A stretch of 64,000 nucleotides of DNA, taken from the NCBI GenBank assembly GCA_046563655.1, contig CM102285.1:3844001-3908000 (forward strand), given 5' to 3'. This DNA is from Yuukianura sp. NJ FZ-2021. Taxonomy: Eukaryota. Of this stretch, positions 1 to 12,369 are shown piece by piece. Numbering within the stretch: position 1 is the stretch's first letter; each line of letters opens with the position of its first letter. The notes beneath the pieces are model-generated. The model saw only the letters and a list, made by a program, of their open reading frames with translations. It did no database searches and was not told the origin of the DNA. A program made the translations under genes and the position numbers.

Positions 1-1824
1 AATTTGAGCAACCCTAACCTCGCCCATTACTTAACCACTAAAGTACTTCAACGTTAACTAATAATAATCGTAAATCGGATGAGAGACGAAACAACTTGAC
101 AAATTTTTGTCATGGTTTGTTTTGTTTTTTTGTAATTTTTTACCATAATACACATCATAGAATAAACATGCAAAGAGCTTGCTTTAAACATATCGCATGA
201 GGTGTTTATGAAAGAAAATTTAAAAACAAAACCAGAACATTCAATTAAAACAATTTTCCCTTCAAGAGGGGCAAATGAAAGCTAAGCAGGTTCAAAAATT
301 TCAAACTGTGGAGAGTTTTTTCCCAAGAGCTACGGTCGCCTGTATGGAGGTATTGACGATTTTCACTATTATTTCTTATATTTGAAATTTGAATATTGTT
401 TTCCCTTAACAGTGATACGAGAGCAAAATCCAGTCTCTTAATTAGTATGCGTTTTGTCTTCTACGTCCTCTAGAAGTTATGTTTACATGTTAATGTAACC
501 CTCATGTTATGTATTTCGTTTAGTTTGCATGTTTATGAATTTGCGTGCAATGTTTAGTTCAAGTTTCTGTCAAAAATTAGCTTCGGGTCGTTAGAAAAAC
601 CTATAAATATAGGTTTTACCCAATAATGTTAAGACGTCCGCAGTATGTTTGAGCAATTATATTGGCTTGCTCTGGATCTCCAGCCTTGGTGACTAGATCA
701 CTCATGTACGTAGCGTATACATATCAATGACCTATGACCTTTGAAAGTTGCGAGTAGTGGTGTGGAGAGCCATTTATTGAGTAGTTTAGCTTGTTTGGAG
801 TTAATATTTTTGGTGTAAGGTCAGTTGAGGTGAGTTCAAGTAGAGAGTTTAGACGTTGCGAATTACTGCACCGTAACAACATAAAAAGAAAAGTTTACAA
901 AGAAAAGAGTTATGAAAAAAAAAATAATTTTTTTGTGTTTTTGAAATAATTTCAAAGTGAACCCCCTCGCGTCATCAGGAGCTCACTAGTGAAAACAGAT
1001 ACCGGAAATGTTGAGTAGCTTCCTAGAGAAATTGCCGCCTACTGACTGCCAGACAGACTGAAGGACAGACAAGGTCATGGGGACATAGATAAACTAGCTT
1101 TCGCTACTTAACAAACAATACTAAATAATGAGTGATTTAAACTTTTTACTTTATTTTATTGTGAGGTGAAAGAATCAGCCGTGACGCGGGATTCAATTTC
1201 ATCACAACATAATGGCTCTGATGACACTGCTGCTTTGACAAAAATGGCTTCTTTGTGTCAACATTTGTTTTTTGCAACATTGAAAACGCGGGTCGATAAT
1301 TCTCATCGTCATTTCACTTGGAAAGTATACCTTTGAAGAGACATTGAAGTCACTATTCCAATTGTGCTCAATTTTGACCAATTCAGCAAACAAATTTGTT
1401 TTCTACTGCACAAAGTTTCGCACAGAACTATCTCATTTGTTGAAGTCATATACATTCTAAAAACATAAAATATTCCAACAACGCCTCTGTCCAGCTGTTG
1501 AAACAAATCATTGTCAATAATTTGCCGACTTCGAGCACTTTCGGCAGAAAATAAGAATGTAACGAGTTTTCTTTCAACATATTGCATGAGGTATTTCCGA
1601 AGATAATTGAAAAAAAAATGGACAAACGTTCAATTAAAACAATTTTCCTTTCAAAAAACACAACGTTTGAACGTTGTTAGGTGAAAGTTTGGTTTGGTTG
1701 CTTTAACAATTTTTGTTAAAGAAAGTATGTTATTACCTCGCGACATTAGTTTCCCAATTAATAATAAATAGCGTAAGCCAACTGTGTCATAAATGAAACT
1801 GCATTGGGTATTTCGAATTCGAAA

Positions 1825-3845
1825 ATGCTGGACGCTAGTTTCTTGGAGTTGTACGTTACATATTTTGAATTTTGGTACAGACTTGCGGTTTGTCCATATA
1901 AGCTAAAGATCAATCCACAATCAAAAATTTACGAAGTAACCACCAGCATCACTTGCAAAGTAATCATAAAAACAGCAGCAGTTTTTTGAGAATAGAATTT
2001 AAAAAATCTTGCAAGTTTCTCCTAAATTCTTCCGAAATTGTTCCTTTCAGGTTGTTCATGTTTACTTTCTGGTGGTTTTTTACATGGGCAGTATCGGATG
2101 GTTTCGAGGAATAACCCTCATGGGGACGTGGAAAAAGGAAAAGAGCCAGCTAGACTACTTTGAAAAAGCAACGATAGTGGGAGCCGTATTTGCAAATACA
2201 TGTCTGATGGTAACATTTTGGCGTAAATTGCAGCACTTTGCAAAACTCGTCAACTACAAACCGCCATCACTGTTTGAAACAACAAACGGTTCAGCTTGCA
2301 AGAAAACCGTATGTTGATTTAAACTGAATGTGATCTGTATTCAAAAACTGTATTAGTATTCTGTGTTATTTTAACACAATTTAACGTTATGCTAACATAA
2401 TTTATCTTTATTTATGTTAGCATAACTAAACTTGACTAAAAGATAAACGCATAGTACAAGTAGTGCAGATGTGGGGACGTAAAACTAAGCGTCTGAAACT
2501 TGTCGCTATATGGGCAACTTGATCCAAAACTGTAAACGGTGTAGGAGAAACCGCACCAAATAATGATCAATGATGTTTTTGTTTTTTGGAACTTTAAGAA
2601 CTAACGCTTTTAGTTTTTATAATGTTTGCTACAGTTGCCCATAATTCCTTAAATAAGCAAACAAATTACTTTTTCCAGCGTTTACTTTTATGTGTGACAC
2701 CATTTACTATTAACGAAATGGAAGACTTCGACCAATAATAGTTAAATAACATGCATATGTTTTCTTGGTTTCCCAAATCTACTTCTCTTTTGTCAGGAAA
2801 AACGTAGCATGTTCATTGGTGTGTGTACTATGGTGGTGGTACACTACGCAATATTATTTTTGCGGTTTTTTGAAGCGGCATCTTGGGACTCGTCAACCTA
2901 TTACAAAGAAATGGCAGGTTGGGGATTGAAAAGCCTGTTCCTGGATGAGGTTCACTGTGGACGAAGGTACAACTATATGTTTCAGTTGATTGGATTTGTA
3001 TTTGCATTGCAAGCGGAATTGGCACTGCAATTGAGCAGATTAGCTGTGGAGTCTTTAATTGTCATCACAATTATACACTTGTACCGGCTGGCACACCGTT
3101 TGGAGGTCAAGGCCAAGACCATGAAGCTGTGTGAAGTGAGAGAAATACAAAATTTCCCCTGCTTAAATCTTATTGGTTTATGATGTCAGAAAATTTGTTC
3201 AAACTTGTTTTTTTAACAAATTAGGGAATAAAAGAACTTGAGGAGTTCCGTTGCGTTTTAAATCTATTGAACAGTGCAAATGAAATCATGTTATGCGGAG
3301 TCGTCTTTGGGAACATTCCGGTTCAAATCCAATGCATTCCTGAAATGCTGCAGCCAAGTGGAGTCGTTATTCTTCTGGACAGCATCACCTTTGCGCTACT
3401 ACCAATCGTCTTGCTGATATGTACGTCCTGGTTCAAATCAAAGGTACACAGAAAATATATAACCAATAACAAAATTGATTATCAAACAAAATTATTTTCA
3501 CAACATTTGTAGTAATGTAAACGATTTTGTATATTAAGGTTTAAAACTATCACATATTCCAGGTAACGTCTGTTTTTCAAGACTGGATCCTCCATTGTCC
3601 AAGAAATGTACCTGAGCAGCATATGTTGGTTCTTTTTTACGGACTATCTCCCGACAACTTTGGTGTCCGAGCATTTGAATTTATTAACTTTAATGCCTCG
3701 TTTGTTGGGACGGTAAGAATATTTGGTAGATGATGGAGCACTATAAACCACTATATTATTTTATGCAATTGAACGTTCATAATAGGTGTGTAGCCTAATC
3801 CTCACGTTCTCTGTTGTCATCATTCAGTTTAAAACACAAAAGTAA
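1825..3845 (+). CDS. Gustatory receptor-like 7TM chemoreceptor, lineage A copy 1 (6 exons)
   Basis: Exons 1825-1959, 2051-2308, 2797-3135, 3225-3443, 3563-3712 and 3786-3845 join in frame through phase-0 GT-AG introns. The protein has multiple hydrophobic segments. The C-terminus ..AFEFINFNASFVGTVCSLILTFSVVIIQFKTQK* resembles the GR TM7 motif TYhhhhhQF. Confidence 0.85.
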
Positions 3846-4658
3846 TCACACGGGACTTGGGTAATGGGTATGCTGAGCATATGAAAATGTAATCCCCGCA
3901 TCAAGCTCCACAAGTTGAAACATTACCATATCCATTTCTTCCACTGGACATCCCGCCGTGGATGAAATGTCGGAAAACTAGATATGCAGCAACACTGCTA
4001 AATTATTATCCACTAGCTTTTACGAAAATAAAAAGTTAATTTAGACATGGCAAGTGGAATTAATTAAAGTGGTTTAGGAAAGACTGCACAGTAGGCGTGA
4101 ACAGTAGTTGAATCGGACTACTTTTGACCTTGATCTGATGGCATGGATGATGAAACCGTAAATTTAAACATGAAATTTTGAAAATCCGTCAGAGAATTTA
4201 CGTGGAAGGGAACTGTGCTGACATGAATTAAAGTAGTAATGGTAATTGAGGAAGTTGTTTGTGTTCCGCTCCAAGGCTGGTCTTAAGCGTACGTTATTAA
4301 AGTTATCAAAAATTTTTGAATTGTATAAATTTGGAATAATTCTCTTCCTTTTTCGATTGTATCGTCTGCAAAAATTTGAGCGTAATTTTTTGTTTATTCC
4401 TTTTTGCTTTGGGTTTTAAATCATAAACTTTGATTTTGTTACGGCCAGTTTGGGTGAGCTTTCCATATGCCGGAAATAAATTCGTTCGACTTAAAAGGAA
4501 AACTACATACCTCAGAACTATATTTTTCCGATCTGCAAAGCATGCATTTTGAATTCTTAGAAAATTTGGCGTTTATAAAAGTGAAGCTTAAGGTCTCAGA
4601 GGAATTACTCGACTGTTTAACCAAAACCAAAACATTTTTACAGGCTATTTTGTCGAAA

Positions 4659-6033
4659 ATGTTGACCAAACGACAACTGGAGCTAATGCACTTCCTGCTA
4701 AAGAAAAATTCAAACTTGAACATGGCACCTTTCTCCTACAACGGAAAAGGTTGCACACTTCAAACAAGCGACAAACTTTGGAAAAAGTCAAAAGTCGTAG
4801 CCATTGTATGGTTTCTTTTGGTAGGTCTAAACTACTACACAATTTTCTCCTACATTCAACAACCCACGACCGCCATGTTCAAAACAATTCTTGGCTATAT
4901 TACTCTCGTCTGTCAAATGATTCCAGTAATTTGCAAAATCAATTTAATTTTATATCCAAAGGAAGTTGCCAACACGCTCAGCAACTTGTTTCATGTCAAC
5001 AAAATCCTGGGTAAGGTAAAGGGTTTACTTTTAGAAACATTGGTTGGTGCACACTTTCGCTTTTGAGCAGAAAATGGAATTTTAAAGGCAGAAAATGAAA
5101 CAAGATGAACTTGACATGTTTTTAAATCAGAATTTAGAAAGCAAAAAGAGCTCTTAAAAATTATCATGAAATTCCAGAAGCAGGACCTGTAAGACGCAAA
5201 GGTTGGAAATTTCAAGATGCATTGTTCGCGGGAATAATGGGCAGCGCGAGTGCTGGTGTGATATGGATATTGCTGATTCAAGTCTACGTTATTCTGGATA
5301 TACTAACGTCAACTCCAAGTGTCGCCATGGCATACTGCCTTTTAACTCCTCTCCCGGTCATTACTTCTATGCAGGATGTCGAGCTGAGCGTTTCCGCATT
5401 CTTGGCAGTATTTGTTGTACCCGCTTGGCTAAACCTGACAATGTAAGCACTTTATAAAACTATATTGATTAATATAATAATAAAAAATTCTATGACTAGT
5501 GTGTTCATGAAGGACTTTATAATTTCCGTATTAAATTTTGTAAATTTAGAAACGACTACGTTATTCCAAAGGCCTTCAAGTGGGAGCAAAAAGCGATTGG
5601 AAGTTACCGTCAGATATCGGTTTTGACGCAAGTGGTCAACATATCCCTGGGCTCACTCACCCTTGCGTCCAAAGTAGTTCTCATGCTCAGCACCACAATC
5701 ATCGTCTACACTTTGATTAGATTTACAAAGCATCTGGGCTTGACGCTCTACGTGTCTTTAACGCTAAATCTGATTTGCATGCTCATAGTAACTCCAGCTA
5801 CGGCCATTGCTATGTGCAGAATATTTGACATCTCTCAGCTTTTCCATACACACATGGAAAAAGCCCTAATTGCGATGAACCATGAAGGAAGAGTTGTAAT
5901 GCGCAGGAATATTAAGGCGCTGGCCCCTCTGCGCTTCAACATTTGTGCTTTCTACCACATGACAGGATCAGCTAAACTCACAATGTTGGACATCATTGCT
6001 AATGGAATAACATTTTTACTCATTAATTATTAA
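4659..6033 (+). CDS. Divergent multi-TM chemoreceptor-like protein, lineage B copy 1 (3 exons)
   Basis: Exons ~4659-5010, 5178-5442 and 5550-6033 splice in frame (phases 1 and 2). The protein is hydrophobic, ~365 aa, and ends PLRFNICAFYHMTGSAKLTMLDIIANGITFLLINY*. It is a clear paralog of 6614-8326. The GR-superfamily assignment is inference from size, hydrophobicity and C-terminal pattern. Confidence 0.7.
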
Positions 6034-6613
6034 GTGTTAAATCATAATGTTATGCATTAACATATTATGAATCACATATATAGGACAACAGCATATTGTG
6101 TAGTATAAATTATATTAGGTTAGTATACTATACGTTATGTACTACGTTAGTAGAAATTAGAAAACTTAGAAACCATATACAGAGTGTATATGTTCTGTAC
6201 ATAGCCTGTACATATAGTATGTATATATAGTCTGGGTCAAATAGCAAAATAATAAGGCAAAGTTTGAGGTTTGGGTTGCTGATGCAAAGTAATAAAAATA
6301 AATTCAAATTCATTCAAAGTGGACCAATTTTGTGATTTCGTAGTGATAGCATGCTTGGAAAAATTTAACAGTAATTTTTGGGTTGTCTTTTTAAAATGTT
6401 AGTTTTGAAATGGGTTGGTTACGCCTTCTTCAGTTGAACTTTCCGGGCTTCAAAGATAGATTCCTTGACGAAAAGTGGAAAACCATGTTTCTGGGTATGC
6501 AATTTCACTTTTGGATACGTTTCAAAAAGCTTAAACAGCGGTAGTTATATAGTGAGTTTCGAGAAGAACTTCCTACTGTTTAACCAAGACCGACAAAAAC
6601 ACCGGAGAGAAAA

Positions 6614-8326
6614 ATGTTGACTAAACTGCAAGTGAAGGTAATGTACTTCATATTGAGCTCAACGTCAAAATTGAACCTGGCGCCATTTTCGTTCAACGCT
6701 CAAAATCGTACTCTTCAAACTAGCCACAAACTGTGGAAGAAGTCAAAGGTCTTTGCCATTATTTGGTTTCTTCTGGTGGCTCTAAACTACTACATAATTT
6801 TTCACTACATTCGACTACCGACTACCTCCATGTTCAAGAAAATTCTTGGCTATTTTACTCTCGAATGTCAACTTCTTACCATCCTCTGTAAACTCAATAT
6901 GGTTTCAAATCCAAAGGAACTGGCCAGTACCCTCAACAACATGTTCTACGTCGACAATATCCTGGGTAAGGCTTCATTGAAACTACCGAATTTGAAAGCA
7001 AAAAGAGTTAAGAATAAAACAAAATAAATGTTAGATATACTTTTAAACATTTGACGCAACACCTTTCACATAAGATACATCAAATTTCAGCATCGCAATT
7101 GGGCAAAAGGGGAAAACTTCAAGACGTATTTTTCCTGGTAGTCGTTGGGATAGCGACTGTTTCTGTCACGTGGGTGGTTCTGATTCAGGTCTACGTTATT
7201 CTGGATATACTAACTGCGACCCCAAACATCGCCATAGCGTACTGCCTTCTGGCTCCCCTTGCTGTCGCCACAACTACACACGATATCCAGTTGCACGCTT
7301 GCGCGTATTTGGCAGTATTCGTTATACCATCTTGGCTCAACCTGACACTGTAATGACTGTAATAACAGTAAATTAACCAGCAAATATAGTAGTAATTAAC
7401 TAATTAATTAATAATACAGTGGGGGCAAGAAAACCTGCACACTTCAAAACTAGCTGTTTGTTTATTTTGGCGAATTGAGGGGGGGGGGGGAGGGGAATAA
7501 GTTGACAACAGAAAACTTTTTCTTTAACATGACAGGCAATAACTTTCTTTAAAAACATCCCGAAAAAAAACAAGTATTGAACCAATTTTGTTTGTATTTT
7601 TATTTGTCAGTTTTTTTGAATTTTTTTAAGAATTTTGATGTTCTGGACCTTTTTTAAACTCAAGCCCCAATAACAACAGAGAACAAACTTGGGTGAATTC
7701 ATTTTCAAAACTTTTGTTTAAAAAATTCAAAGCTCGAGGTATAGTCTAACCTGTTGAAGAAAAAGTATCTGTTTGTCAGAAATAAATCTCGCTATTTTTC
7801 TGAGTCTCGACACAATAATTATGGTATGTTTACTTTTATGACGTTTAGAAACAACTGTATTTCAAGTTTTAAAATGGAACAAGTTTCGATTGAAATCTAC
7901 CGCAAGATAGCAGTTTTGACGAAAATGACCAACCTATCATTGAGTTCACCTTCACTTACGATAAAAACAGTTCTAATGATCAACGTAACGATCGTCGTCT
8001 ACACTCTGATTAGATTTACAATGCATTTGGGTGTAACCCTCTACGCTGCTTTGACGCTAGATGGCGTTTCCATGCTCATAGTACTTCCAGCCACGGCGAT
8101 TGCCACGTCAAGAATATTTGACACATCTCAGCTTTTCCAGAGGCACATGACAGAAGCCCTTATTACGATGAGCGTTGAAGAGAGGGTAGTTATGCGCAGG
8201 AGCATTAGGGCTCTGTTCCCCTTGCGCTTCAATATTGGCTCTATGTATCACATGACAGGGACAGCCAAACTCAGAATGTTGGACATAGTTGCCAACGGAA
8301 TAACCTTCTTACTTATTAACTACTAA
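6614..8326 (+). CDS. Divergent multi-TM chemoreceptor-like protein, lineage B copy 2 (3 exons)
   Basis: Exons ~6614-6965, 7091-7349 and 7849-8326 have the same intron positions as copy 1. It shares KLWKKSKV..IWFLLV.LNYY and the C-terminus ANGITFLLINY*, and the upstream non-coding regions are also homologous. Confidence 0.7.
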
Positions 8327-8329
8327 GTG

Positions 8330-9395
8330 TATTACTATAATTATAGTCAATTTATATTCATGAGTACATTAGGGCGTACATTATTATTATTGAATTACCA
8401 AACATCCAACAGGGTCATAGTTAGAATTACTATTATTTTAGAAAGTGTACGGTATGTTACCATTCCAACAAGCTTCAAATGCGATCATCGATTGGCTCTA
8501 CATACGAATTCATAACATAACCTAACCAAAATTTACAGTCAGTAGCAAGGTTGCTATAGCAACCAATTGTATTGCTTAGCAATCAACAATCTGCTTGTTT
8601 ACCCACCTTGGTCAGTAGTCAAGGAATGTTTTGAGTATTATTTTAATTAATGTTAAATAAAATGTTTAAAATTAAAGACTAGTCGATTTTTCTTAAACAA
8701 ATATGTCTATTTAATTTCCGTGATGCACTCAATTTTATTTTTCGTTCTGTTTTTTTAGATCCGTTTTCGCAAACCCATTAAACACAACCATAAACCACTT
8801 GATTGTCAAATGTAACTCTAATTTCAAGTTCAGGTTGGTCAGTTTTTGAACATTTCTTTTAACTAATAACTAAACTACGCTGTACCATTTAGTCCGATTC
8901 GTTTCGTACATTTGCATTCAGTCATCGGAATTGCTATTAGCAACGCAACTTTTTTGAATTAAACAAAGGATCAAAAATAAAAATTCAAACTATACTATAA
9001 TTATAATCAATTTATATTCACGAATACATCAGGGCTTATGTATTAACACATTATTTAATATAATTGAATTACCCTAACATCCCAGAGGAACATAGTTAGA
9101 ATTACTATTAGTTTGGAAACTGCGCGGTATTTTACCACTCCATGAAGCTTCAAATAAGAACATCGATTAGCTCAAGATACAAATTCATAACCTAACCTAA
9201 CCAAATTCACAGTAGTCTAAGGATGTTTTGAGTTTTGTGTTACTTTGTTAAATAAAATGTTTCAAATTAAAAACTATAGTCGATTTTGCTGAGACAAATA
9301 GTATGTCTATTTAATTTCCCTGATGCAGTCAATTAAATTTTTCGTTCTGTTTTTCTATCCGTTTTCACAAACCCAACAAGCACCACCATAAACCA
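8330..9395 (+). repeat. Degenerate tandem duplication of the 3' flank of lineage B copy 2 (~8330-8795 vs ~8991-9395)
   Basis: The two copies share colinear blocks such as actataattata.tcaatttatattca, catagttagaattactatta, catcgatt.gctc, tatgtctatttaatttcc.tgatgca and ttttcgttctgttttt. Confidence 0.8.
8546..8610. mobile_element. 65-bp minimal hAT-like MITE
   Basis: Termini are CAAGGTTG...CCACCTTG, flanked by the direct repeat GTCAGTAG (8538-8545 and 8611-8618). The insert is absent from the paralogous site near 9210. Confidence 0.65.
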
Positions 9396-10055
9396 GATAA
9401 GGAGTTTGGCATTTTGCCTGTTAAATCACATTCACAACTAGAATTGTTTGGAATTGCAAAAACTATAGTAATTTGAATTTGAAAAATGTCAATGTAATAA
9501 GTTGCGGATATACAATTGCATTGTTTTTTTTTCAAGTACCAATTATATCTATATGTCACTCTTCTATCCGCAACACTTTTTCTCGTTTCCAGAAATTCAG
9601 CTTCAGACACAAACTCCGTTTTAAAATACTTTTACGTTAGCTTTATGTAGCGATGCAACTTTTTTTATATAAAAATTGGCACATCCTATGGTTTTATGTC
9701 TTCACTTAAAAAGTTTAACGGAGAAATAACGAAAAGCACTACGACAAAAAATAAACACAGAGTAACCTTTTGACCTGTCCGTTGTTGGCGCTCTTTCCTC
9801 GTGAGCGCCAGCGTGAGTCATACAAACACCAGGATTTTATAAACAATCCATTTCAATTTTTGCTGACGCTTGCAGAACGGGTAGAGAGTTATGGGCAGTG
9901 AATTCAGTTCATATGCTTCAGTCCGAATCCATTTCTCAAAGAACAAGGAATAACAGAATAGGTAAATAATATTTTTTGTTTGAAAATATTTAATTGCAAT
10001 TAGTCTTAAAAATTATTACCTTCTATAAACTCGAAATTAAAAAAACCGATAGACA

Positions 10056-10884
10056 ATGGTAGACCGAGTTGAACAAGTGACGCCGCCAGTTTCGGCTGGA
10101 ATGGTTGCCAAATTGTTAATCATGTTGATTGAACTACTGGAACTGGTGACTATCTATATAATGTCTTATGCAAAATAAATATTTTTAACATATTAATAAT
10201 TTTAAATATATCTTATGTACTTCAATTTTCCAGTTGGTGGTTTTAGTTGTTGGATATTTTGTGAGCGTCATCTTCCATCGCTATGCCGGTGTAAGAAAAA
10301 TCTTGGATCGTTTGGACTTAGTGATTAAAGATCACATTTTGATTGTGGTTTACAATCCAATTGAACTCATCGTCATCCTCATATCACTTGGTAAAAATTA
10401 AATCATCAATTTTCAAGTTTTCAACCACAGTAAAAAAAAAAAAGTTGCTGAATTACTTTTCAGGAGTGTTTCTGTTCGTGTTGTTTGAAAATATTTTATT
10501 GGTCATTGGGATGTGCTTGGTAAGCAATTGAGGACCGAGCTACCATTCATTTTATGAATTTTGCATCTTTATTGATGTTTGCAGAAATGCCGTCGGATTG
10601 TGAATGGTTGGTGCAGAAATCGGCGAAAGAGGATCATGGTGGAAGTGGTGGCTGGTGGAGTGCTTGTTTTCTATTACAAGAAACTGTCTGTCATCTACTG
10701 GCTCCTGTATGTGGCTTATTCAGTTGGCTGCTATTGCGCAGTGGTATTCCACAACACCAAGTACTTTGGATTCACCAATCTATGTCCTTGTGGATGTATG
10801 AAGCGCTTTTATGAGAAATATCTCCACGAAACTGGACAAGCACTGTTCTACAATCGCAGATTCAATTCAATGGATCCGGCTTAG
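10056..10884 (+). CDS. Small multi-pass membrane protein of unknown function (4 exons, ~200 aa)
   Basis: Exons ~10056-10145, 10234-10390, 10464-10519 and 10585-10884 join in frame via GT-AG introns (phases 0, 1, 0). The product has several hydrophobic stretches, but no family was recognised. Confidence 0.55.
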
Positions 10885-10958
10885 TTTGTGCCATTATTAT
10901 TACCTCTGCATTTCTAACAACTTTTAATTTTTAGATATTTTGAATTTTGATTGTAAAA

Positions 10959-11843
10959 TTAAACAGCTCCGTTAAGGTTGCAACTTATTACAAAAACAAT
11001 GAATATGGAAGATGCAATGATTGATAGAAGTGGGAATGCTCCATTGGCCCCATTCTGACTGTTGTAAAGTGATTCTGATGTGAGCGTGTGACCTCTAGTG
11101 CTCCGGTCATGTGGTGGAATGTGAGCAAAGTTTACGGGGTCAACGGGATGCCATGCGTAAATCACACGAACTTGACGGTTCTACAAAAACAAACAATGCA
11201 AAGAAAGAAAAGAAAAATAGCGGTTTAGTTATATTATTGTGAAAGTTTTTAGTTTAACAATTTTTTTGAAAGTGGCGTGACCTTGAGGTCAGTGTCTCTG
11301 GTGTCATTTGTTTCCCATTTTCTTCTGAATTGAATTCTGGTTTCGTACTCATCTTGATCAGCATGGACCAAAGTGTAATCTTGCGACTCGTCCTCCTCTG
11401 GCATCTCGTTTCCTTTAGCATAGTAATCCTTTCACAATTTAAAAATATTCAATTACACAAATAGTAAAAATTTTCTAAAAAATAAAGAAAAAAGTTTTTC
11501 CCCATACTCTTATGTATGCTGTTCCATTGTCCGACACCCATCCCACGACGATGTCACAGTCCTGCATGGTTCCTTTCCAGTTTTCACAGAAACCGACTGC
11601 GACGTACCCTGAAGTCCTCGCCTTCATTTCCATCGTTACAAAAACAGGGTCAGTCGTCACCCATCGTAGGTCAACCCCAGTCAACTTCTTAATACTCATG
11701 TTTCTACTGTCTTTCCATATCCCGTCCATCTTTCCATGAGCTTCTGGCTCATGCGCGTCCCCTCCAATGTGTCCCACCACACCCACAGCCACATGACCCA
11801 CCAACACAGCCAATCCATATCTCAAGATCCTCCAATCCATCAT
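10959..11843 (-). CDS. Stand-alone DOMON domain protein (DBH/MOXD1-type DOMON) with signal peptide and hydrophobic C-terminal tail (3 exons)
   Basis: Spliced translation includes LRW..VTMEMKARTSGYVAVGF...GTMQDCDIVVGWV / DYYAKGNEMPEEDESQDYTL...TRIQFRRKWETNDTRD / VRVIYAWHPVDP...HDRSTRG, which are classic DOMON motifs. No Cu-monooxygenase domain follows. Confidence 0.85.
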
Positions 11844-12369
11844 CAACCACACTAAACGTCACTCCAGAAAACAAACCTTAACTAGAAGCTATGGTTAGTT
11901 TCAAATTTAAACTTATTGTAAACTCTATGAACTTTTGTTTACTTCTTTCGGCAACTTTAGTGTGTTCAGATATGGACGATGATATTAATAATGATAGTTG
12001 AGCAAAACTATTTTGTGGTGTTAGATTTTTTTGGTATGGAGTAACAGTAATGAGGAGATGATGGAGCAACGGAACCGTGGTTATAAATAGAGAATACAAA
12101 AATAGGCTGATTAATTGTTTTAGGGTGATGATGAGCGATGGAGTGAGGGAACAATGCAGGAATATTTTAAAGTTCAGAACTGATTGACATCCTGCCCCTG
12201 TAGCCTTGGGGTACGTGGGATGACAGGCTAATTGGAAATGATAATGAACTACTAGTTGTAGTTACCTACTACGTAGTTGGACCATTTCCCTCAAAACGCT
12301 CTTTAGCATTCATCAATACGTATTAGAATATTAATAGGCCAACTGTATTTCAATTACAAATTAAATCTG

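Noticed and set aside
1202-1661. Overlapping minus-strand ORFs
   Set aside because: No recognisable domain or consistent splice model. It may be a decayed gene, but I cannot support a call.
7414-7810. Tc1/mariner-like element in the lineage B copy 2 intron (TA-CAGTGGGGGCAAG start)
   Set aside because: No matching right TIR was found, so the boundaries cannot be supported.
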